DNA of 64,000 nucleotides. It comes from Nemertoderma westbladi (lineage: Eukaryota > Animalia > Xenacoelomorpha). The stretch is from assembly GCA_032718475.1 (NCBI GenBank), contig JAUCBJ010008372.1:23144-87143 (forward strand), read 5' to 3'. Under the pieces are notes generated by a model. The model did not search any database and was not told the DNA's origin. It saw only the letters and a program-made list of their open reading frames with translations. Shown in pieces: positions 52,060 to 62,200 of this stretch. Numbering within the stretch: position 1 is the first letter of the stretch; the number at the start of each line of letters is the position of its first letter. Made by a program: the position numbers and the translations under genes.

Positions 52060-53790
52060 AGGTTATTGTATTTAGACTTATCACTAAGTATATGGAAGAG
52101 ACGGAAACAATACCTGCAATATCTTACTGTAAAGTTTGTGAATCAAATCATAAATCCGACCTTCTCACCAAAACAGTAAACTCTAAGTAAGCGAATATAT
52201 TGCAGTATCGATCTCTTATAACCGGTGAGGCAGAAAACAGTCTACGAGCAGACAAACTTCGATAAAACAAAATCCCGCGCAGCGAATCCTAAAATCAGGC
52301 TGACTCACTGACGGACTAAGGGGCTCGTATACTTTGCCGCGGTGTGATTTATATGGTTGGGCAAAAGGGACGCTAGCTAGGTGCAGAGATTTGGAGATGT
52401 CTAACTAGCGGGCAAAGTGCAGTACGGACAAAAGTTAATTTTATATATTTTGAGGTGTAAATAATTTCTAACGCGCGTGTGTTAATTCTGAACGGTCAAA
52501 AGCAGTTTTGCTCCTTCACATATATAATTACTGGGTACGGTGTGCATTTTACAAATATTCTAATTTTGTAACTTGTAGGTCCAATACTCACGAATAATAA
52601 GGCTCCTTCCCCTCTTGCGTATTTCCAGGACTCAAATTCAGGCATAAAGTTAATGCTACGCCCAGAATTCGGCAATTTTAGGTACCAGGTCCCTAATACT
52701 AAGAAGAGATGTGTTAGTTTACTACTGTAGGCGTACAGTTACTGATAGCTATCCTGGCTCTTATCTAGAATTTTAGTCACCCAGGTAGTCCGGGTAACTT
52801 CCTATCAGGACGTTGGCGGGGACACGGTAGATGTTAGTATATCCCTAATAGCCTCAATTTATCTGCGCCTAGTCGTAAACTGCCCTACCGCCTGAACGGT
52901 ACAATCCTAATTCAGGTGAAACACAGCAGCCCTCCTAGCCTACAAGTTCTGATGCAATGGACACCGTGGTACTACAAATAGTCGTACACGCACCTGCACT
53001 TAGCAAGAGTTAGGCGTACAGTTTGCTGCACCCTACCAATTTGTATGCTTCGTTCCGGTGTGCCTACGTCCTATCTGCGTACTAGTATCTCTGCTTGCTC
53101 TCTCTTCTCCCTCCCCCCGTAGGAATATGAAGGTCTACTGCGGTTTTTTCCTGAATTAAAACAGTACAGTCCCTAAGATGTAATTTTAGGCTTACAGCGT
53201 GTCACTACTTCTACCCTTTGATCTTTGGTCTTACGCTTAGGTAGCAAGGCGTCGAACGCTGTCTAACCTTTCAGGCGATGGGCGAATAACTCAAGATGGT
53301 ATTGCGGGTTGTCTCTTGTCTACATTCCCCTGATGTTCCCGTTCATTGCTGCGGCCCGATCTCTAGCCGGCCATCCTGTCCCTTAGCTGGGTTCACCGTG
53401 GTGAAGCATAGTAAAACAGATAGAAAAGGGCAGATGTGACTAGTATTTCTAACTTTTATTACAAATCAAATAATAACTATTATACAACAAACAATGTAAT
53501 AATCTAATAAGACAGAAAGTTAAGATAGATCAGCAAGTTAAGATTGTTATACAGATTGAGATTGAAGTATAACTAATGAACAAATCGCACCTTTATATAG
53601 CAAATTTGTGCTGCAATCAATCGAGAAAATTCTCGATTGTTCTATAGGTTCTAACAGGTTTTTAAAGATAGCTATTGGTCCAGCTAATATATAACTTGCA
53701 CGACATTGGTTACAATCTAATAGCTACAGTTTCATTGGTACAGACAAATGCAATTAATTTGTAGCGGTCAATTTAAATGAGTTGAAATTC
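52060..53790 (-). repeat. Probable 3' LTR region of the BEL/Pao element (ends not resolved)
   Basis: Minus-strand TATA (53591-53600) and AATAAA (53455-53460); colinear conserved blocks shared with 62240-64000. No clear PPT or terminal dinucleotides found. Confidence 0.55.
53591..53738 (-). promoter_or_regulatory. Pol II promoter: three CCAAT boxes, heat-shock-element-like array, TATA box
   Basis: ATTGG at 53674, 53705, 53734; aGAAa-aTTCt-cGATt-gTTCt at 53624-53643; minus-strand CTATATAAAG at 53591-53600. Confidence 0.6.
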
Positions 53791-53807
53791 TGCACAAAAA
53801 ATAATTC

Positions 53808-53883
53808 GCACTTACTAGGATTCGAACTCAATACCTACTACACATATAATTTCCAACGCTCTACCGACTGAGCTACTGAACCA
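53808..53883 (-). ncRNA. tRNA-derived Pol III unit (degenerate tRNA or SINE-like head), not a canonical tRNA
   Basis: Minus strand TAGCTCAGTCGGTAGAGCG (A box, D-arm GCTC/GAGC), GAGTTCGAATCC (B box), T6 run just downstream (53796-53801); acceptor and T stems pair poorly. Confidence 0.6.
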
Positions 53884-54834
53884 CTTGACCAATAGGCATA
53901 TAAATGATATAACAAATACAAATGAGGACTCAAAGTAATCTTTTACAAAGTTAATTCGAATAAAAATAAAATTTTGAAAATCCACGGCATTTAGGGAATA
54001 TAATTCTATACCGCTCCATGAAAACAGGATATTATCGTGCATAAAATATACGGTTTTCACCAATAATCAATCAAACTATAGAATACCTAGGGCGTACTTA
54101 CATATTTACAATTAAATTTCAAATAATACTTCCTTTCTACGTAATGATTCGATACAAAAATAATTACAAATTCAAACTTTACGTATTTAAGGCTTTACTA
54201 AGTAAGTACAATATAAATCTAAATTAAATTCACCAATATAAATCTATTGCATCTCAATATTGCATAAATTCAAACAATTACAAATACAAATAAATGAAAA
54301 CAATAAGAAAGGCTCGCGAGTCTTCCATCTACTATTGCATCTCAAATATTGCATAAATTCAAAGAATTACAAATACTTTCGTGTCTAAATGTAGATTGCA
54401 TAAGTTCGGAATAATTACAAATATGAGTCTTTCTAAGCACAAAACTTTCTAACTATAAAACTTTCTAAATACAAAATATAACACTTTACAAATGAAACTA
54501 TAAGAAAGGCCCACGAGTCTTCCATCTACTCTTACTTTCTATTTCACTGTAAATACAAATACTGCTTATAAGATATAAATTGCATAATATTCGGAACAAT
54601 ATAAATTGCATAAGTTCGGAATAATTACAAATATAAAATATAAATTCTTACAAATATAAATCTTTACTAAATGTAAATCTTACTAAATATGAGTTCTTAT
54701 TTCTAAATTTCATAAATTCGGAACAATACAATTTGCATAAGTTCGGAATAAACACAAATATAAATATAAATTCAAATAAATCACAAATTCACAAGAAAGG
54801 CTCACGAGTCTTCCGTCCACCCTTACTTTCTCTT

Positions 54835-57800
54835 TTATCGCTTAGTTGATCGAGCCCTGCCGCGTCCTCGAAAACTTCGCACAGGTGACTTTGCTCGCGA
54901 TATGGGACTAATGGGGCGAGTGACTGGTTTACTTGGGACGTTGAGAGACGGTGCGACTATTTCCTCGCAAATTCGTCTATTTGGCATCCCGTATCCTCGA
55001 CCGACTCCTCGTGACCGATCAGTTGTCACTACAGTTGGTAGAACGTCTGGGAACGCGCGAGAAGCGGACGACGCAGACCCAAGAGTAGCTTGCGCCCCCT
55101 TTTGATCAGCTGGTGTGTGTCCCGATCCTCCTGTTGGTTCTCTAGGAAGCGATACCGTATCCCGAGTAATTCGAATAGTCGGCTCAGCTCCCTTGCGTTC
55201 TTCTATATTAATAGACTTCTTTAACTGTTGGCTAACTTTCTGGACCCGTATGATCCTACCCTGTCCGTCCTCCCGAGGGTGACGTGCAGACGGCGCAACC
55301 GGAGTGGCTGGTATATTTGTCGCCTCTAGGACCTCCTCTTCCTCGAATACGCTCGCTCGTATACGTTTGTGGTAAAACGCGGCTCGGTACGCCCATGCGA
55401 CGGTTAACCAAGCTCCTTTATTCCGCTTTTCAGTTCGGAAACGATCGAATTCACCATACGTAATGCGATTAACGACTTTCTGAAAATTCCACGTGTTTTT
55501 GTTATCCGGGTGAATTTGCAATAGATACTCGCGCACTACTCGGAATCCACTGTCGTGGGGCAAAATATCGACTACCTCGATAAGTTCGTCATATTGGGGC
55601 ATAGCGGAGATATATCCTTCCGACATCATCGTTTGGGGATTTACCGCCCAAAATCCAAGATGCGCCCTCATCGGAAATCGTCTTCTTTGTGCCGATACAT
55701 GTTCGTCGGCTAAATCTTCCCACTCATCGAATAATTTTCTCACGAGTTTTACAGATTCGTGTTCATAAGGTATGTCTCTTAGTTGGCATTCAGATGCTCG
55801 ATGCCCTTTTATATTGCAATAAGTACATTGAGCCATAAATCTCCAGCAAGTATAAAAGGTATGAGACCCTTGATCCCCACACCATCCACAGATTAGCTGA
55901 GTCGTAGTAATGTGCTTTCCACTGCACTTTGTCATATGATGTCCAGCGACGCCACATTTTCCACACATCGTGTTGGCAGGGTACCACACTCGTTCGTATA
56001 TAAGATCTCCAATCGGTCGAGCGCTTCCTCCCACACTATAATCGTAATCATCTGGGTCTATGGGTTGATAGGTTTCTGAAGGTTGTATACAAACTATAGC
56101 ATCTGTTGCTTCAAGTTGTCGAATCTCCATCTGAGATTTCTTCGGGAGGTTCCTTTCTATCTCAAGAAGTTCCTCTAAAGGATCGTCAGTGATCGTAGTG
56201 GTTACTTCGAAATCATCACCAAGGTGACCGATAGGCGCGCGCGTCTGCCGTGATTCATCCGTAATCACCACGATACGTTCTCCTTCATAGGGTAACAATG
56301 TAAACATAGATGGTCTTTCGATAAGAGATCCCGCACAGCGAAGATACACGTCTCGAAATATACTAAATCCTGCTCGAGTAAAGGCATTACACTGAGCGTC
56401 GGAGTTGTAGAAGGGTTCAAGGAATCGTCTAAACACGTCGGTACGAATTCTCCCTTCCATGTAGAATGTATGATCTTCTCCGAGACAAAGTGGATGTCTT
56501 TTGAGAGTCCGAGACACAATGTCGGCGATTAAGCAAACATTCACTGACGACTCTATTGCTAAATAATATTGTAAGACCGCTCTTGGAGGTGACGTAATAG
56601 CCCAATACACGCATCCTCTCCATTTAAGCTGTGATTCAAACTCACTCATATCTGGAGTATCACCTTCTCCATAAGTCTCAATATACTTGGTTCTCTTACT
56701 TTCCTTATAATCCCAATTGAATAACAGGTAGGAAATGTATCCAGTTCCAGTCTTCTGAGTATTATACTCACGAAAATATCCCTGTTCTATAGACCACAAA
56801 ATAAGAGGTCGAGTGTCGACGTAAGGTGTCGGTAGTCGGTCATCGCTCTCCGTCATGCCGGCGAAGTCGCTAATTAAGTCCTCCCTTACTCCTGATCCAA
56901 TCTTTACAACAGTTTTATCTAAAATCATGTTTCTTACCATCTTCGGTAGCATTCTAGCGTCGATATTACAAGCTTGGTCCATCTTCTTTACTATGTCAGT
57001 GATGAGATGGTGTCGCTTTGTATTCGCTGGAGGTATCGGCATTCGTTTGTCGCTCCTCTGTCTACTGAAAACGTGCAGGACTCCGTCCGCCGCTCTAATT
57101 TGTATAGTCTTAGAAGTCAAACTCTGTTGATGACTGCCGCCCTCGTTATCGTAAAACATGTAACCATTTTCCTGAAACGATCTAAACGTCCTATTCCATT
57201 CATCCAACAATTCTTCCGAAGGTTGCCAAATCTTCTCTATGTCCTTATCATCTTCGAAACGAATAACCTTACCTCGCCAATCCGCGGCAATATCTGTATC
57301 CGACTCGAAGGTTCCGATTCCAATCCATAAACGAATCGTCTTGGTTAAATATCCTTTCAAGTTACTCGGAGCTATATCGGCACCAGCTCTATCCAGTTCC
57401 TTAAAATCTTGAATATGAGGTGGAACGTTGTACACGACCTTTTGAGTAATATGTCTACGTAAATCATATATCTTACTCATATCGCTGAAAACAACTGCAG
57501 GAAGAAACTCCAAGTTTGAAATGATTTCTGGATGATCCACGATGGGTATTTCGTACGTCGTATCCTGTCGGACTGGTATACTAATAGGAAAATTGAGTGT
57601 CGTACTCAATGGTTTCGTAGTTGAAGTACTATATGGTTGTATTTCTCTTGTCCTTTCCGGGGATGCAATCTGTAGTCTCTGAATAACGTTTTGAGCAAAG
57701 TTTGTGCTCTCGAAAACTTCCGGTGTCATCTCCTTAGCTGGAGTTTGATCGTGTGACGTCCAATGGTAAGGTAGGCTCGCGAGTCTTCCGCCCCATTCTT

Positions 57801-58560
57801 CCATCTCACCTTTCTCGAAAGCCTTGTAGGCTCTGTATAGGCTAAGAGCTTCTTTCTTTTCGCGGGTTGACTGATTCGCCTCGTCCAGCGTAAGTTCAAA
57901 TACATCGGGTTCAACAACCTTAGGTGGGTAAATGACAGTTTCTCCCGCCTTTGGTCCGGTCATAGCAAATGAATGATATGGATTCGATAAAGGATACCCT
58001 CCTTCCTGGTAGCGTAGTTGTTGATGGTTCGAACACCTCGCCAATATCGGTTCGGGATTTTCCTTATTCAAACACATCGGAATCGCATTTCGTTGTTCGC
58101 GCATACAAGAACCGCATTGATAATAAAGTTTATAAACTGAAAATGCTTCCTTGGTTTCTCTATCGTCCCCTCGAGTTCGTCTGTAAAGGTGCATTCCATC
58201 GAATTCATCTCGTACCGCGGGCATAGGTTCGTGCGCCTTTAGGTATTGCATGGTATGATACAAACGACTAATTTCAGTATCGGGGTCTTCGCTAATGTCT
58301 CCCGTATCACACAAAGCGTCGTACAGGTAAAGTTCATTGAAGGTTTGGCGCAAACTTTCGATTCTTTCATTTAATGCGTTTTGTCTTCTCTTTAATACAT
58401 TTGAGTCATATTTAGTTCTCGCGAGTTTCGCAGTACTTTCTGATAATTCTTTTATACCAAATATAGTGTAGTCCTTGGCTCCAAATCTTTCGAATGGCGC
58501 TGCTGCCTCCTCTTGGATATCATATCCCCATCTCGGCTCTCCTTGTATCCCTTTCTCCAT
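54835..58560 (-). CDS. Retrotransposon accessory ORF: DEDDy (WRN/EXD-like) 3'-5' exonuclease domain plus three CCHC zinc knuckles; first ATG 58560 (track start 58668 is TTG)
   Basis: Intact ~1240-aa frame. ExoI-like MFYDNEG (~57150), TIQI, LPKMVRNMILDKTVVKIGSGVREDL (ExoII-like, ~56890), YVDT, QYYLAIE (ExoIII-like, ~56560); CGKCGVAGHHMTKC, CGWCGDQGSHTFYTC, CTYCNIKGHRASEC (55786-55965); basic disordered tail. Confidence 0.78.
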   Translation of the reverse strand: MEKGIQGEPRWGYDIQEEAAAPFERFGAKDYTIFGIKELSESTAKLARTKYDSNVLKRRQNALNERIESLRQTFNELYLYDALCDTGDISEDPDTEISRLYHTMQYLKAHEPMPAVRDEFDGMHLYRRTRGDDRETKEAFSVYKLYYQCGSCMREQRNAIPMCLNKENPEPILARCSNHQQLRYQEGGYPLSNPYHSFAMTGPKAGETVIYPPKVVEPDVFELTLDEANQSTREKKEALSLYRAYKAFEKGEMEEWGGRLASLPYHWTSHDQTPAKEMTPEVFESTNFAQNVIQRLQIASPERTREIQPYSTSTTKPLSTTLNFPISIPVRQDTTYEIPIVDHPEIISNLEFLPAVVFSDMSKIYDLRRHITQKVVYNVPPHIQDFKELDRAGADIAPSNLKGYLTKTIRLWIGIGTFESDTDIAADWRGKVIRFEDDKDIEKIWQPSEELLDEWNRTFRSFQENGYMFYDNEGGSHQQSLTSKTIQIRAADGVLHVFSRQRSDKRMPIPPANTKRHHLITDIVKKMDQACNIDARMLPKMVRNMILDKTVVKIGSGVREDLISDFAGMTESDDRLPTPYVDTRPLILWSIEQGYFREYNTQKTGTGYISYLLFNWDYKESKRTKYIETYGEGDTPDMSEFESQLKWRGCVYWAITSPPRAVLQYYLAIESSVNVCLIADIVSRTLKRHPLCLGEDHTFYMEGRIRTDVFRRFLEPFYNSDAQCNAFTRAGFSIFRDVYLRCAGSLIERPSMFTLLPYEGERIVVITDESRQTRAPIGHLGDDFEVTTTITDDPLEELLEIERNLPKKSQMEIRQLEATDAIVCIQPSETYQPIDPDDYDYSVGGSARPIGDLIYERVWYPANTMCGKCGVAGHHMTKCSGKHITTTQLICGWCGDQGSHTFYTCWRFMAQCTYCNIKGHRASECQLRDIPYEHESVKLVRKLFDEWEDLADEHVSAQRRRFPMRAHLGFWAVNPQTMMSEGYISAMPQYDELIEVVDILPHDSGFRVVREYLLQIHPDNKNTWNFQKVVNRITYGEFDRFRTEKRNKGAWLTVAWAYRAAFYHKRIRASVFEEEEVLEATNIPATPVAPSARHPREDGQGRIIRVQKVSQQLKKSINIEERKGAEPTIRITRDTVSLPREPTGGSGHTPADQKGAQATLGSASSASRAFPDVLPTVVTTDRSRGVGRGYGMPNRRICEEIVAPSLNVPSKPVTRPISPISRAKSPVRSFRGRGRARSTKR

Positions 58561-59227
58561 AATTAGGGGTGTAGTTACATAATCATTACTACTAGAGGGA
58601 ATACAACAGAGTTTGTGGTTAGTTGTGAGGAGACGTGAGAGTTTCGTCTGCCTTTTGGGCTTCGACAACGCTCTAACCTCCTACCCATAGCCTAAGATCT
58701 AGGGTTTCTTTAATGACACGCTGCTTCTTATCTAAAATTTTTTGCCGAAATAAAAAAAAACGAATTTGGGCTAAACTGGCTGTGAGTCTAAAATACTCAC
58801 CTTTTGATGCCAAACTATTATCAGAAAATAAGCAGTCAAGAATTAGTAATAAATATAGGGGAGTCTATTTATTGACGTAACTTATTGAAACAAGATCGTG
58901 TAAAATTTAATTAAAATTTTAAGAAAGGCTCGCAAGTCTTCCTCTCTTGTTTCTCTAATTTTAAGTTCCACCCGACTGTACCCTGAAATCTATTCACTGG
59001 AGAAAATTTTTAAAAATTTTTCAAATCCAAATGGATTGTCTAAATTTTCGAAAATGTCTCAATATTGTGAGTTCCAAGTAGAATTCCATTTCTTATACCT
59101 ACAAATCCCGCTCCTATGTGACACATAAGGGTACTACCCTCAATGTTCACATATAAAGACAATGGAATTCTACCGCTGTCCTTACTACAGTGTACAGGTA
59201 CGTGGAAATCTATTTGTAAACTCCTAA

Positions 59228-62200
59228 TTATTTACTAATACTAGGTGGAGATTTGTAGTCTCCAGACTCGTTACGAGTCTCTTCAAGAAGTACGAGACGT
59301 TGAGTCGGTCTGTCAACTGTACGACCGTCAATTGTCCGTACCGTCACAGTTCTTGTCACTCCATCCATAGATGGATGTGTGGCTAAAATTACACCTGTTA
59401 TCCAGAAGCGTCTTTTTAGATTCACTTCTGCTAACAGCACGTGATCTCCCGGCTTTACTGCACGGGTGTTATTGTACCAAGTTGTTCTGGCAGAAATAGA
59501 GGGCAAATAATGGTTTTGCCATATTTCCCAGAATTTGTTAGCTAGTAGTTGCGTGATTTTCCACGCTTTTCTACCGTAGCTGTCGCTTTCTGTTGGAATT
59601 GAAATAGGCATTAATGTGGTCGGTGCCTGCATAAGCAGGTGTGCCGGTGTCAAAGCAAACTGAGATTGTTTGTCATCGGGTACTAATACTATTGGTCTAG
59701 TATTTAGTATTGCCTCGATTTCAACAAACAATGTCGTCAGTTGGTCGTCTGTCAATATGTGGTTTACTGGAATTACTTTTGCCATGGCTGTCTTTATAGA
59801 TCTAATCAATCTCTCCCAGACTCCGCCTCTCCATGGACTATCTGGAGGATTAAACTTCCAAACAATCTTGTGAGGTTGTAGTTCGTTCGAGATTTGATCA
59901 TGATCTAATTTCTTAAAGGCTCTAGCAATCTCATTTCGAGCATCAACAAAGTTTGTCCCTTGGTCTGAGTACAAGCATTTTACTAGTCCGCGTCTAGCGA
60001 TAAATCGCCGCAATGCTAGTATAAACGCGTTGGTGGAAAGATCCATCACACGTTCGATATGAACTGCCCTACTGGACATACATGTGAAAATCAGTCCCCA
60101 GCGTTTTACTAGTATACATCCACGTTTCGTATGTATGGGACCAAAGCAATCAATTCCAGTCTCTGTAAAAGGTGGTCTGAATGCTTGAAGTCGTGCTTGT
60201 GGTAGTTCACTCATTTCTTGGGTACCTATTCTAGAATGTACCTTTTTACAAATCATACACGTACGTGTCACTGAACTTAATGCTTTACTGGGTCTAATTA
60301 ATACAAATCTTGTACGTAAGTAGGAAAGACAGTGGTGTCTTCCAGCGTGTTTCAGATGTAAATGTGCGTCCAGTATCATTGCACGTTGTAGTTCGTGGTG
60401 TTGCGGTATTATTATTGGGTACCTAAAGTTTGTGTTAAAGTCAATGTTTTGAAGCCGAGATTTATGACAAATTAAGCCATTATAAATAATCGGACTCCAA
60501 CTCAGTATTGGTGACGACTTGATTGGTTGACCTTGACTTATAGATGTGAATTCGCGTGCGAAATATCGCAATTGATAATGGCGAATTAATTTAATCTCAC
60601 ATCTGTCAATCTCAGTCAATGTAAGTCGACGTGTAAAGTTTCGTTTGCCTTTAACGTATTGTACAAAAAGTACAATCCACGCTAATTTTCGGCAAGCGTT
60701 TGTCCAAGAATCTGTTAAGTTTACAATACGGTCGACGTAAGTATTTGTGACGTCATCAGGTAAGTCAATGGAGAACTTGGAAGGTTTTGATTTACTAGAA
60801 GGGCCCACGGGTCCGCCGGTAAGTATTCCCTTGTTGACTGTTGATCCGTCCGGGTCTACAAGTAATTTGTCCTTCTTCGTCTTCTTACCTTGATTGTCAG
60901 TACTTTGTAAGTCGATCGTTAATGGTGGTTTGAACTCTATGGGGTCAGTGGGTTTCGGTAAACTTATTTTTCTGCCGATATTAATCCCAGGTTTCACCAT
61001 AGGTTGCAAGTTTGGTATGTCTCTTGAGCGCAAAGTAACACCTGTATTTACGTTAGCGTAGGTACTACCCACATCTGTAATACATGAGGTTTCACTGTGC
61101 TTATGGTTGCTCAAGTGTGTCAAATTTGGTAGTTTGTCAATACAAGGCCGCTCCAATAGGGAAACTGCGGCTTCACTATTTGTCAATATGTTACTAGTGT
61201 CTAGTAGAACATTTTGTGACATGTCTGGTAAAATGTTTCGCGGAACATCCGGCGAAATATCTAGTGACATGTCTGGCAAAACGTCTGGTTGACCGTCTAG
61301 TAATGTGTCTGGCGATACGTCTGGTAACGTATCTGGTTGTTTGTCAATAGAAGGCCGCTCCAATAGGGAAACTGCGGCTTCACTATTTGTCAATATGTTA
61401 CTAGTGTCTAGTAGAACATTTTGTGACATGTCTGGTAAAATGTTTCGCGGAACATCCGGCGAAATATCTAGTGACGTGTCTGGCAAAACGTCTGGTTGAC
61501 CGTCTAGTAACGTGTCTGGCGATACGTCTGGTAACGTATCTGGTTGTTTGTCAATAGAAGGCCGCTCCAATAGAGAAACTGCGGCTTTACTATTTGTCAG
61601 TATGTTACTAGTGTCTGGTAGAACATTTTGTGATATGTCTGGCAAAATGTCTGGTTGGCTGTCTAGTAACGTGTCTGGTTGACCGTCTGGCGATATGTCT
61701 GGTGTAGAAAGGCTCGCAAGTCTTCCTCTCTTGACCTTTGAAGTTATATCCTTCCATTTCGCCTTCGGTTTTTTCTTAAGTTTGGCTGCCGTCCTTTTCT
61801 TTGCTTTTCCCTTTTTTGGTTTCTTGATTTCGGCGTCCTTAGGGATGGTGTTAGACTTGTTGTCATATATCGGTGGCCAATCTTGTGTCGATTTCTGCAA
61901 GAATTGGGGTCCGTGTTGCCAAAATTCTTTGTTCTCCGGTTTACAGAATTCCTCAGGCATCATTCCTCGCGACGCAATATCAGCTGGGTTTTGTGGTCCG
62001 GGACAATGTCGCCAATCCTCTTTTATTGAACGGTCTAGAATTTCTGCGCGACGGTTAGCTACGAATGTCTTGAATTCAAGAGTGTCGTTGTTTATGTAAA
62101 ATAAAACCAACGTCGCGTCAGTCCAATAAAATATCTGTAAACTTGACTGTAGTTCTGTCTGTATAAGGTTCACGATTGTGGTTGACAGGGTTGCAGCTTG

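Noticed and set aside
51735-52060. Four degenerate GGGGCGAGCC..GAAG units
   Set aside because: Real but too decayed to assign; probably the remnant of another repeat next to the LTR.
53808-53883. Functional tRNA gene
   Set aside because: Acceptor, anticodon and T stems do not pair properly.
54835-58668. ORF as Gag or Env
   Set aside because: Lies 3' of integrase with no recognisable capsid region; no signal peptide or transmembrane anchor; exonuclease motifs fit better.
54902-62099. Small overlapping ORFs within ORF3 and pol
   Set aside because: Shadow frames of the two long genes.
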